Below, one piece after another: positions 51,339 to 60,171 of a stretch of 64,000 nt of DNA. The stretch spans positions 93,452 to 157,451 of the forward strand of contig CAZAKN010000002.1 of NCBI GenBank assembly GCA_964486065.1, given 5' to 3'. The stretch is from an uncultured Gammaproteobacteria bacterium. GTDB lineage: Bacteria; Patescibacteriota; Patescibacteriia; UBA11705; JABHMO01. Both the position numbers and the translations under genes were made by a program. Numbering within the stretch: the first letter of the stretch is position 1; the number at the start of each line of letters is the position of its first letter. The notes beneath the pieces were generated by a model. It was not told the DNA's origin. It ran no database searches and saw only the letters and a program-made list of their open reading frames with translations.

Positions 51339-51933
51339 TTTTTAATAAACAATAATCAAATTCCTTTATAAAAAAATAAAAAAAGGGATCCACGTTTTCG
51401 TGTCCCCTGCACCTAATCTAATGTATCACACCCCTTATCGCTTATTTTTAATTTGTCTGGTCAATATCAGCAATCAAATACTATATTATTACTATTTACA
51501 TGTTAATGTTTGCGTTTGACTAGGATAGTCTAGTCAAACACAATAGATATGCATATATATACTTAAGAACTATATATTACTATGCCCATTTAATCCATTG
51601 CCAACAAAAAAAAGAAAGGTTCCGCGTCATTATTGAAATGCGGGGATGAGTAAATCACCAATCCCTGACTTAGTGCCCGAATAACAGACCGGCTGACCAA
51701 GGCTAAAGATTAGCGCTACGAGAACCGACTCATCGTAAAAATACAGTATCCTTGCATTCTTGCGATGAATTACTCTCCAATTACAGAAATTCACACACTT
51801 ACGAACATCACGCAAGCTGTGAAAAATTAATTCAGTGCTTTAATCTTTAAAATTAATAACTATTTAATATTTATACAATCGGTACTTTGAATAATTGTTG
51901 AAATAACAGTTTCCAAATTATCTCATTCATCAA

Positions 51934-52009
51934 TGGTATCCCCGGGCCGACTTGAACGGCCATTTACAGCTTAGGAGGCTGTTGTTCTATCCGGTTGAAC
52001 TACGGGGAC
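51934..52009 (-). tRNA. tRNA-Arg (anticodon CCU), CCA encoded
   Basis: rc: GTCCCCGTAGTTCAACCGGATAGAACAACAGCCTCCTAAGCTGTAAATGGCCGTTCAAGTCGGCCCGGGGATACCA; anticodon loop CTCCTAA. Confidence 0.85.
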
Positions 52010-52010
52010 A

Positions 52011-52034
52011 CAATGTTCCACGTGGAACATTTTT
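52011..52034. repeat. palindrome copy 2 (AATGTTCCACGTGGAACATT), abutting the 5' end of tRNA-Arg(CCU)
   Basis: caatgttccacgtggaacatt + ttttgtg; the 20-bp core is identical to 51315-51334. Confidence 0.8.
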
Positions 52035-52276
52035 TGTGAAATTATTAACAATCAATACACTTTTATAATAAATATAAATAAATAAATGTGTCGTTAAATA
52101 TAGCAATTATCTCAAATCAAAAATAATAGGGGATTGCTCCACCTATTATCTATACTTTACCCTTACATTTTTGCCACTGTTTTTACGATGTTTTTTGTTG
52201 GCGACTTTTTTTTTCTTGTTCATGTTTTCATTATTATTACCAAATATGAAATGTTAATTATTTAACAACTCATATC

Positions 52277-52351
52277 TGGTACCCCCGGGTGGAATCGAAC
52301 CACCATATCCAGCTTAGAAGGCTGGTGTTCTATCCGTTGAACTACAGGGGC
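52277..52351 (-). tRNA. tRNA-Arg (anticodon UCU), CCA encoded
   Basis: rc: GCCCCTGTAGTTCAACGGATAGAACACCAGCCTTCTAAGCTGGATATGGTGGTTCGATTCCACCCGGGGGTACCA; anticodon loop CTTCTAA. Confidence 0.85.
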
Positions 52352-52401
52352 TAAATAAAAAAGAATATAGAAATAATAGCAAATTTAAAAATTTTTTCAA
52401 C

Positions 52402-53349
52402 TTATCCCAGTTGATTCGTATATTTTTTGGTGACATGAACCGATGAGTGTCCCAGCTCCATGCTCAATTGATCTAAATCCATGCCTTTTTCCAGTAAATT
52501 TGCAGCAAAACTATGCCTTAAAACATGAGGTGTAACTTTTTTTTTCAAATTTATTTTTTTGGCGTACTTAGTTACGATTCTTTCAATGCTTCTGGGACTT
52601 AATCCTTTTATTTTTTTTCCGCTCGATCTGGCGCGATCATGTCCAATAAACAAGTATTTACTATCATCATTTCTTTTATTCAAATATTTTTTCAAACAAT
52701 GTGTCATTTGATTATTCAATCGTATTTTTTTATGTCCGAATTTCTTTTTTTTAATTTTCAATTCCGCATTCTCAGAGCATAAATCACTCTTCAAAAGTGC
52801 TGAAATTTGCGACACGGTTAAACCCGCGAAAGTAAGTAATTGTAAAATAGCGTTATCTCTAGCGCAAAGAAGCCAGTCACATTCACATTCCACAGGAGCA
52901 TTCATAAGTTTTTGTAACTCTGCTTTATCCAAAACAGTAGCCTTAGCGACAGATAATTTATTTAATTTGACCAAATGGCTCTCCAATGCAGAAACATTAT
53001 TCATGGATAAATAACGCAAAAATGACCTAACCGCGATTAAATGATAATTTACCGTGCTGGCCTTTAATTTTTCCTTACGCACACTGTGCTCATATTGTTT
53101 CAACCACTCTTCATATTTACTCACGCAAGTTTGAGTAATCTTTCCCACATCCTCAATTTTTTTCTTGTTCAACCATCCGACAAATCTCTGTAAATACAAA
53201 TCATAATTTCTAACCGTTCTGGACGAACGACCTTTTAGATTTTCTTGATATTCAAGAAAATCTAAAACCAATTTATTGATTTTTTTCATATTTGATATTG
53301 TACGACACAATATGTTTCCGAGCAAATCCCGCGGTTGATAACCTTGCAA
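52402..53349 (-). CDS. tyrosine site-specific recombinase, XerC/XerD-like
   Basis: N-terminal SAM-like core-binding domain (..RTVRNYDLYLQRFVGWL..); catalytic ..HVLRHSFAANLL.., ..GHSSVHVTKKYT.. (R..HxxR..Y). Confidence 0.8.
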   Translation of the reverse strand: MQGYQPRDLLGNILCRTISNMKKINKLVLDFLEYQENLKGRSSRTVRNYDLYLQRFVGWLNKKKIEDVGKITQTCVSKYEEWLKQYEHSVRKEKLKASTVNYHLIAVRSFLRYLSMNNVSALESHLVKLNKLSVAKATVLDKAELQKLMNAPVECECDWLLCARDNAILQLLTFAGLTVSQISALLKSDLCSENAELKIKKKKFGHKKIRLNNQMTHCLKKYLNKRNDDSKYLFIGHDRARSSGKKIKGLSPRSIERIVTKYAKKINLKKKVTPHVLRHSFAANLLEKGMDLDQLSMELGHSSVHVTKKYTNQLG

Positions 53350-53466
53350 AATATTTTCAATCGTGTTATCTTATTAAAGCTTTAATTTAACCTTAATACG
53401 GTTCTGTGGTCGAGGAAATGAATATACATAGAATATTTATCCCGACTGTGGAATACGCGAAAATTT

Positions 53467-53850
53467 ATGCTAAGCCAAAAGAAAAAGCAGGCGATTATTA
53501 AAAAGTTCAAAACTCATGAAAATGACACCGGTTCATCGGAAGTGCAAATCGCCATTCTTACCGAAGAGATCAAAGAATTGACCAAGCATTTGCAGCAACA
53601 TAAACACGATCATTCTTCCAGACGCGGACTTTTGAAAAAACTCGGCGAACGAAGAAGACTGTTGCGATACTTGGAGGCTGAAAATCGGGAAAGTTATGAA
53701 AATTTAATTCAAATTTTGAAACTTAAACCGACCAATCGTTCGCAAAGAGAAGAACAAATCAAAAAGATCTTGGAAGAAAATGAAGAAGAAAATTCGGAAA
53801 ATCAACAAAATGAAGAAAAGGATAACGAGGAACAAAAAAACAACGAATAA
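53467..53850 (+). CDS. rpsO: 30S ribosomal protein S15 with acidic C-terminal extension
   Basis: ..NDTGSSEVQIAILTEEIKELTKHLQQHKHDHSSRRGLLKKLGERRRLLRYL.. Confidence 0.85.
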   Translation: MLSQKKKQAIIKKFKTHENDTGSSEVQIAILTEEIKELTKHLQQHKHDHSSRRGLLKKLGERRRLLRYLEAENRESYENLIQILKLKPTNRSQREEQIKKILEENEEENSENQQNEEKDNEEQKNNE

Positions 53851-53856
53851 TATTCA

Positions 53857-53886
53857 AGAAGCGAGTCCTTGCGGACTCGCTTCTAA
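53857..53886 (+). promoter_or_regulatory. rpsO-pnp intercistronic hairpin (partial terminator / processing site)
   Basis: agaagcgagtcc-ttgc-ggactcgcttct with a weak U-run; the position matches the classical rpsO-pnp leader hairpin. Confidence 0.55.
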
Positions 53887-53976
53887 TTAAATTAAATAAA
53901 TTTTACAATTAATCATGGCTGCCAAATAGGTAGATTTCAAAAATTGAAATCTAAAATTTGGCAGCCAAACAAAATT

Positions 53977-56118
53977 ATGGAAAAACAACAATTTGAAATG
54001 GATTTCGCCGGACGGAAACTAATTGTTTCCACCGGTAATTTGGCGCAACAAGCCAATGCTTCCTGTACCGTACAATACGGTGAAACTTTGGTCATGGCCA
54101 CGGTGGTTATGAACAAAGAACCGCGTGAAGGTATTGATTTTTTTCCGCTCATGGTTGAGTATCAGGAAAAATTCTATGCCGCCGGTATTATTAAACATTC
54201 AAGATTCTTAAAACGCGAAGCTCGTCCCACGGATGAAGCTGTTCTAACCGGACGCATGATTGATAGAGGCTTGAGACCTCTTTTTGATGAAAATATTCGC
54301 AATGATGTTCAAATTATTTTAAATGTATTATCATTTGACGGCGTAAACGATCCGGACATTCCGGCTATCATTGCCGCTTCCACTGTCCTGCATATTTCGG
54401 ATATCCCTTGGAACGGACCCTTAGCCGGTATTCGCATAGGACAAGTTGATGGCGAATGGAAAATCAATCCATCTTACGAAGAACGAGAAAAATCTCCGGT
54501 TGATTTAACCGTTTCCGTTTCCGCGGATAAAGTTCTGATGGTAGATTCAGAAGCCCTGGAATTTCCCGAAGATAAATACTTTGAAGCTTTTCAAGTCGCC
54601 TTAAAACAAGGAAAACCGGTGGTTAAATTCATTGAAGATATCCGCAAAAAAGTTGGTAAAGAAAAAATGGTTATTGACAATCAAATTAATGAAGAAGAAT
54701 TGGATGAAAATCAAAAAATTTCACAAGAGGAGCTGGAGAAATTACAAAATGAAGCCAAAGATTTTGTAAAAGAAAAACTGTCTTCTCATCTCTTCAACAT
54801 CCCGTGCGGTTCAAAAAATGAACGCAAAAAAAATCTATACCAAGTTAAAGAAAAATTGATTGAAAATTTAAAGGAAAAACAAATTGGCAAAGAAAGACGC
54901 GCCAAGGTTTTATCTTTTTGGGATGAATTCATTGATGAACAAATCACCAAAGCTATTTTGGAAAATGAACAAAGAATTGATGACCGTAAATTGGACCAAA
55001 TTCGCCCACTCAGCGCGGAAGTAAGCTTAATCCCTCGCGTTCACGGTTCGGGCTTGTTTATGCGCGGAGAAACCCAAATATTGAGTATTGTTACTTTGGG
55101 CGCTCCCGGTGATGAACAAACTTTGGATGGTATGGAATTAAGTGGTACTAAACGCTACATGCATCATTATAACTTTCCGCCTTTTTCTACGGGAGAAGCT
55201 TATCCCATTCGCGGAACCGGTCGCCGAGAAATCGGTCACGGCGCCTTGGCAGAAAAAGCTCTAATGCCCGTAATGCCTGAAAAAGCGGATTTCCCATACA
55301 CCATTCGCGTGGTTTCTGAAGTGCTTGGTTCCAATGGTTCAAGTTCCATGGGGTCAACTTGCGGTTCAACTCTGGCGCTTATGGATGCCGGCGTGCCGAT
55401 TAAAAAACCGGTTGCTGGGATAGCCATCGGATTAGCTTCCAATAAAGCTTATGACTTCAAAATTTTAACCGATATTCAAGATTTTGAAGATGGTGACGGT
55501 GGCATGGATTTCAAGGTTACAGGAACAAAAGACGGCATTACCGCTATTCAAATGGACACCAAAACCTTGGGCTTAACCGAGGAAATCATTGAAAAAGCTC
55601 TGAAACAAGGACGCAAAGCTTTGGATGAAATCTTACAAGTTATCACCAAAGTCATCCCCGAACCCAGAGCTTCTTTGTCTGAATACGCGCCAAAAATAAA
55701 AACCATGAATATCAATCCGGAAAAAATCGGTACGGTTATCGGCCCCGGAGGTAAACAAATCAATGAAATTATTGATGCCACCGGTGTTAGCATTGACATT
55801 GAAGATGACGGCTTAGTGATGATTACCGGTGTGGATGAAAAAGAAGTTAACAAAGCTATGGGCTGGATTGAAAATTTAACGCGTGAAGCCAAAGTCGGCG
55901 AAACATATATTGGAAAAGTTGTGAAAATCATGGACTTTGGCGCTTTCGTGGAAATCTTCCCCGGCACTGACGGCATGGTTCATATTTCGGAAATAACCGA
56001 CAAAGAAAGAGTGAACGACATCAATAAATATTTGAAGGAAGGACAACAAGTTAAAGTTAAATGTTTAAAAGTTGATCCGAACGGAAAAATAAGTTTATCC
56101 ATCAAAAAAGCAAAATAA
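53977..56118 (+). CDS. pnp: polyribonucleotide nucleotidyltransferase (PNPase)
   Basis: Two RNase PH domains, KH (..GPGGKQINEI..), C-terminal S1 (..GKVVKIMDFGAFVEI..); start at MEKQQF. Confidence 0.9.
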   Translation: MEKQQFEMDFAGRKLIVSTGNLAQQANASCTVQYGETLVMATVVMNKEPREGIDFFPLMVEYQEKFYAAGIIKHSRFLKREARPTDEAVLTGRMIDRGLRPLFDENIRNDVQIILNVLSFDGVNDPDIPAIIAASTVLHISDIPWNGPLAGIRIGQVDGEWKINPSYEEREKSPVDLTVSVSADKVLMVDSEALEFPEDKYFEAFQVALKQGKPVVKFIEDIRKKVGKEKMVIDNQINEEELDENQKISQEELEKLQNEAKDFVKEKLSSHLFNIPCGSKNERKKNLYQVKEKLIENLKEKQIGKERRAKVLSFWDEFIDEQITKAILENEQRIDDRKLDQIRPLSAEVSLIPRVHGSGLFMRGETQILSIVTLGAPGDEQTLDGMELSGTKRYMHHYNFPPFSTGEAYPIRGTGRREIGHGALAEKALMPVMPEKADFPYTIRVVSEVLGSNGSSSMGSTCGSTLALMDAGVPIKKPVAGIAIGLASNKAYDFKILTDIQDFEDGDGGMDFKVTGTKDGITAIQMDTKTLGLTEEIIEKALKQGRKALDEILQVITKVIPEPRASLSEYAPKIKTMNINPEKIGTVIGPGGKQINEIIDATGVSIDIEDDGLVMITGVDEKEVNKAMGWIENLTREAKVGETYIGKVVKIMDFGAFVEIFPGTDGMVHISEITDKERVNDINKYLKEGQQVKVKCLKVDPNGKISLSIKKAK

Positions 56119-56120
56119 AC

Positions 56121-56152
56121 AAAAAGAGGCGCTAAGAAAAGCGCCTCTTTTG
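56121..56152 (+). terminator. intrinsic terminator after pnp
   Basis: aaaaagaggcgc-taagaaaa-gcgcctctttt. Confidence 0.8.
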
Positions 56153-56188
56153 TTTTACTTAAAACCGAGATTAAGCTAAAATTATATT

Positions 56189-57430
56189 ATGAGAAAAATC
56201 AGTAAAGCTATTGTTTTCACCTTGGGGGGCATCCTTGCAATCGGAGCCTTGTTTTTTTTATTATTTGTAAAAACCGATACTTTAATCAAAAATATTCCCC
56301 GTGAAGCGGAAATATATTTTCATACGGAAAAAAATTTTATCAATAATTTAAAATCCGAACATAAACAAACTTTTCTAAAATATGTGGCTCAAAAAACCGC
56401 CACAACGGAAGACTTTTGGCAAAACCTTTTACAAAAGCGTGGCAATTTTGAACTGGCGGGCTTTTTCCAACAAGAGGAACTGACCATGGTATTACCGGCA
56501 AAAAAATATTTACTGAAATACTTACAAAGCAATCAAGTGGAATATTTTAAAAGTAATGGAGTAATCTACTTTCCCGCTACATTTATCGGCAATTACTCAT
56601 TCGCACAAAATGACTGGGTAAAAAAACAAAGGTCTTTTCCACAATTTTCCGCTAATTCAATCTATATTGAAAATTTTAATTCCTTACCGGTTGCCGACAA
56701 TCTGAAAACCCCTTTTGCGCTATCTCATGCTCCGATAAAAGCCGATATTTACCAAAAACAAAACCATTTGCAAATAATTTTCTCCGACGAGTTATCTCCG
56801 AATTCACGGAATAAAAAGCTTTCATCATTATTTGACGCGCCACCCTCGGATTCTCTGGTTTATTGGCGCGGGATTAAATCCGATAATTTATATTTTGACT
56901 TACCCTATTCCACTTCCTCATTTGATTATTTACTTTTTTCCGTGATTGAAGAAGAGTATGAATATTACAAAAATCAATCCGGTTCTATACTTATTCTAGA
57001 TTCAAGTAACAATCTAAACGCCATAAAAACAAAAATTTCAGAAATTTTCGCCAATTTAAGTCCCGATACAAAAATCAAAGTTCTACCTGATCAATCCAAA
57101 GCCTATCACTTGATAGCGGATCCCTCTAAATGGCAATTTGTGAACAAATCAACAAGTAATCCACAGTTTGAGCAACTTTCATCACCTCAACTGGGCATTG
57201 ATCTGCGTCTTTATCAATTAAATAAACAAATAATTATCACAAAAAACCTAAATTTAGCGGAATATTATGATTCATATCAAGGTAACACCTTGGATTTAAG
57301 TAAATATATTCATAATAATAACCTAAATTTAGCATATTTTAATTTAAAAACACTTTTAAATTCCAGTTCCTCTCAACATCTTGTATTTATTCGTGAAAAT
57401 AACGGAAAAACCTCTATTTGTATAGACTAG
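56189..57430 (+). CDS. hypothetical membrane-anchored protein (413 aa)
   Basis: N-terminal TM (AIVFTLGGILAIGALFFLLFV), then soluble domain; no family recognised. Confidence 0.5.
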   Translation: MRKISKAIVFTLGGILAIGALFFLLFVKTDTLIKNIPREAEIYFHTEKNFINNLKSEHKQTFLKYVAQKTATTEDFWQNLLQKRGNFELAGFFQQEELTMVLPAKKYLLKYLQSNQVEYFKSNGVIYFPATFIGNYSFAQNDWVKKQRSFPQFSANSIYIENFNSLPVADNLKTPFALSHAPIKADIYQKQNHLQIIFSDELSPNSRNKKLSSLFDAPPSDSLVYWRGIKSDNLYFDLPYSTSSFDYLLFSVIEEEYEYYKNQSGSILILDSSNNLNAIKTKISEIFANLSPDTKIKVLPDQSKAYHLIADPSKWQFVNKSTSNPQFEQLSSPQLGIDLRLYQLNKQIIITKNLNLAEYYDSYQGNTLDLSKYIHNNNLNLAYFNLKTLLNSSSSQHLVFIRENNGKTSICID

Positions 57431-57454
57431 CCTAGTCAAAAATGTGTATAAACT

Positions 57455-57476
57455 AACCATATCCACAGACTTATCC
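57455..57476 (+). promoter_or_regulatory. tandem DnaA-box-like sites (ATATCCACA and perfect TTATCCACA)
   Basis: ccATATCCACAgacTTATCCACAcaa read directly. Confidence 0.5.
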
Positions 57477-57550
57477 ACACAATACACCTTGAAATATAAG
57501 CCATTTAAAGAAGATATACGCTAAAATTAGCGAAATAACCTTGTTTGTCA

Positions 57551-57579
57551 TTGACCCTCTCTTTCATCCATGATATAAT
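57551..57579 (+). promoter_or_regulatory. consensus sigma-70-type promoter TTGACC-17-TATAAT
   Basis: ttgacc ctctctttcatccatga tataat; exact 17-nt spacer. Confidence 0.6.
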
Positions 57580-57586
57580 ATAGAAG

Positions 57587-58014
57587 TACATTAAAGACCA
57601 TGCTCTTTCAATGTGCTAAAGTTCTTTTTGTTTGTAAAGTTGTTCTTTACTTTAAAAACACAACAAATTACATTTGGGAAAATTTCGCTCACAACACTTC
57701 GCAAGTTGTAGCTATTCCGTTTTTCACACCTTATTATCCTCTTCAGCGGGATAATACCCACTCAAAACAAAAACAAAAACGAAAAACTCCAAGGAGATTT
57801 TATCTTCGGCGGAAAAGGCTTCAATCAAGACGCGGCTGATGCGTCACTGCAACTGCCCAATGGCTTCGAACTCTCTCACTCGAAGCGCCTCTCTCACACA
57901 TTTGGGTCAAAAAGAACCGCCTTAAATTACACGCCATTAAATCAATTTAATCGGGCGTCAATGATTTGAAGCGTTCAAAACACAAAGCCCTAGTCTTCAT
58001 CGACCGGGGCTTTT
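57587..58014 (+). ncRNA. candidate non-coding transcript (about 430 nt) bounded by the consensus promoter and an intrinsic terminator; identity unknown
   Basis: No convincing ORF (only a 79-aa low-plausibility ORF at 57600-57839); terminator stem aaagccc..gggcttt at 57984-58013 then tcttttt; the downstream gene has its own promoter. Confidence 0.35.
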
Positions 58015-58018
58015 CTTT

Positions 58019-58047
58019 TTGACTAAATAATCTATTTTTCATACAAT
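58019..58047 (+). promoter_or_regulatory. sigma-70-type promoter TTGACT-17-TACAAT for rubrerythrin
   Basis: ttgact aaataatctatttttca tacaat, about 28 nt upstream of the ATG. Confidence 0.55.
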
Positions 58048-58075
58048 TCAAGATGTTATAAATAATCAATTACTT

Positions 58076-58648
58076 ATGTCTAAAACTTTGGATAACTTAA
58101 CCAAAGCGTTTATCGGCGAATGCCAAGCTCGCAATCGTTATACTTATTACGCCAAGGTGGCAAAAAAAGAAGGTTATGAACAAATGTCAGGAATCTTTAT
58201 GGAAACAGCTGAACAAGAAAAAGTTCATGCCAAAAGACTTTTTGAGCATATTCAAGAACTGAAGGGCGATCAAAATGAACTTATCGTTGAAGCCGCTTCA
58301 CCAAATATTTACGGTGATACCAAAGAAAATTTGAAATCAGCCATACAAGGAGAAACTTATGAATTTGATGAAATGTATCCGGAATTCGCCAAAGTGGCGG
58401 AAGAAGAAGGTTATTTAAAAATCGCCGCCAGATTGAACGCCATTGCTCAAGCGGAAAAACATCACGCGGAAAGATACGCCAAACTTTTAGAACAGTTGGA
58501 AAATGAAACAGTTTTCAAAAAACAAAAAGAAGTCATTTGGGTTTGTCGCGAATGTGGATACATTCATGCCGGAGCTTCCGCTCCAGACAAATGTCCCTCT
58601 TGCGATCATCCCCGTGCTTATTACCAATTGCAAGCAGAAAATTATTAA
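58076..58648 (+). CDS. rbr: rubrerythrin (ferritin-like diiron domain plus C-terminal rubredoxin-like CxxC..CxxC)
   Basis: ..ECQARNRYTYYAKVAKKEGYEQ..EQEKVHAKR.., ..WVCRECGYIH..CPSCDHP.. Confidence 0.85.
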   Translation: MSKTLDNLTKAFIGECQARNRYTYYAKVAKKEGYEQMSGIFMETAEQEKVHAKRLFEHIQELKGDQNELIVEAASPNIYGDTKENLKSAIQGETYEFDEMYPEFAKVAEEEGYLKIAARLNAIAQAEKHHAERYAKLLEQLENETVFKKQKEVIWVCRECGYIHAGASAPDKCPSCDHPRAYYQLQAENY

Positions 58649-58713
58649 TCCTGATCTTGCCTAAACTACATTATTGTTATACAATAGCTTTACTTTAATA
58701 TTAAGCTAATCCT

Positions 58714-59091
58714 ATGTTAAAGAAGAATGAATTAGAAGAAATCAAGAACAAGCTTTTGGCGGAAAAGGAAAACTTGGAACAAGAACTGAATAAAATTGCC
58801 AAAAAAAATCCCAAAAATCCCGAAGATTACGAAGCCAAATTTGAAGAATACGGTGATGATGAATCTGATAGCACTTCAGAAGTGGAAAAATTTGGACTAA
58901 ATTTATCTTTGGAAAAAACTTTAGAAAAATCTCTGCGCGATGTAAATAAATCTTTAGAAAAATTAAAAAAAGATCCCAAACATTATGGTATTTGCAAATA
59001 TTGCAAACAGCCCATCGCCGCCAAAAGATTAATTGCCAGACCGACTTCAAGCGCTTGCATTGAATGCAAAACCAAATTAAAATCTTTGTAA
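58714..59091 (+). CDS. DksA/TraR family C4-type zinc-finger protein
   Basis: Coiled-coil N-terminus; C-terminal CKYCKQPI..ACIECK. Confidence 0.7.
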   Translation: MLKKNELEEIKNKLLAEKENLEQELNKIAKKNPKNPEDYEAKFEEYGDDESDSTSEVEKFGLNLSLEKTLEKSLRDVNKSLEKLKKDPKHYGICKYCKQPIAAKRLIARPTSSACIECKTKLKSL

Positions 59092-59093
59092 AA

Positions 59094-59567
59094 ATGAATA
59101 GGGGACGATCAATCGCGACAATCGTTTGTTTATTGGCGATTTTGGCAGATCAATTTACCAAATATTTAGCTATAAAAAAAATTCCGCCCAGCGGAATTTT
59201 TTTATGGAAAAACGATTTTATAAATGCAAAATTAGAGGTTTTAAAAAATCCTTTTACGGCTTTCGGTTTTAATCTTCCTGCGGGAATCATTATTGCTTTA
59301 TCCGTAATATTAATTCTTGTTCTATCTCATTGGCTGATCAAAACACTGAAACAAAATCTGTTTTTTCAAAGCTTGATTTTGGCTTTAATCATCGGTGGAG
59401 CGCTTTCCAACCTGGTTGATAGAATTTTCCGCGGAGCAGTGATTGATTTTTTAAGCTTGAAAATATATAATAATTTTATCTGGCCACATTTTAACTTGGC
59501 GGATGTTTTCATCACCTTGGGTCTGCTAAGCTATATTTATTTCATAATTAAAAAACAAAATGTTTAA
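59094..59567 (+). CDS. lspA: lipoprotein signal peptidase II
   Basis: ..GGALSNLVDRIFRGAVIDF.., ..NLADVFITLG..; start at MNRGRS. Confidence 0.8.
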   Translation: MNRGRSIATIVCLLAILADQFTKYLAIKKIPPSGIFLWKNDFINAKLEVLKNPFTAFGFNLPAGIIIALSVILILVLSHWLIKTLKQNLFFQSLILALIIGGALSNLVDRIFRGAVIDFLSLKIYNNFIWPHFNLADVFITLGLLSYIYFIIKKQNV

Positions 59568-60090
59568 ATATTTTAAATTTCTATTTTTAATCTTCTTTTT
59601 CCTGTTTTTTTTCATGCCACTAAACAATGTTCGCGCGGAAATATCGCCAATCAATGTTTATGTTTTTACACAAGCGGGATGTCCGCATTGCGCCAAAGCG
59701 GTCTCACATTTGGAGGCTTTGCAAAGAAATCATTACCCGGAAATGAATATTTTTGAATATAATCTGATCGCGGATCGGGAAAACATTGCCAAATTTCAAA
59801 AATTTGTCAGCGCCTATGAAGTTAATTTTAACGCCGTGCCGGCTATCTTCGTGGGCAAAAGCGCCATTAAAGGCTATCATGAAACGGAAATAGATTTGGC
59901 CGTTGAAAAATGCAAAAACGAACCCTGCCCCGACGCTTTAGATATAGTGAATGAAAAATCGGGAGAATCCATGGAACAAATTGATCCGGAAAGCGCGGAA
60001 CAAGAAAAATCTTTAAAATTGCTGGGTATGATTGTTTCGGGAACGCTAATATTGGGAGGTGCTTTTATCGTTATCAAAAAAATGCTTTAA
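59560..60090 (+). CDS. secreted/membrane-anchored thioredoxin-fold protein (CPHC active site)
   Basis: Signal peptide, ..FTQAGCPHCAKA.., C-terminal TM anchor. Confidence 0.6.
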   Translation: MFKYFKFLFLIFFFLFFFMPLNNVRAEISPINVYVFTQAGCPHCAKAVSHLEALQRNHYPEMNIFEYNLIADRENIAKFQKFVSAYEVNFNAVPAIFVGKSAIKGYHETEIDLAVEKCKNEPCPDALDIVNEKSGESMEQIDPESAEQEKSLKLLGMIVSGTLILGGAFIVIKKML

Positions 60091-60171
60091 ATACTTCACA
60101 AAACACAGGCCGACGATACTTGTGTTTTTTATTTTACCAAATATTGCTAAGATATATATATAATCAAAAAT

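Noticed and set aside
51340-51933. Search for tmRNA, RNase P RNA or SRP RNA in the tRNA-Arg-adjacent non-coding stretch, and in 16931-17606 and 57587-58014
   Set aside because: I could not find the diagnostic motifs: GGAAAGUCCGG / ACAGAANCCGGCUUA for RNase P, a tag ORF ending ..ALAA plus a T-arm for tmRNA, or the SRP domain IV GGAA apical motif. Only loose resemblances (ACAGACCGGCTGA, AAAGAACCGCCTTA) were seen. Identity is left open rather than asserted.
52040-52276. Very basic 25-aa minus-strand peptide (MNKKKKVANKKHRKNSGKNVRVKYR) between the two tRNA-Arg genes
   Set aside because: Too short and compositionally trivial (an A-run read as Lys), with no RBS. It is not L34/L36-like on inspection.
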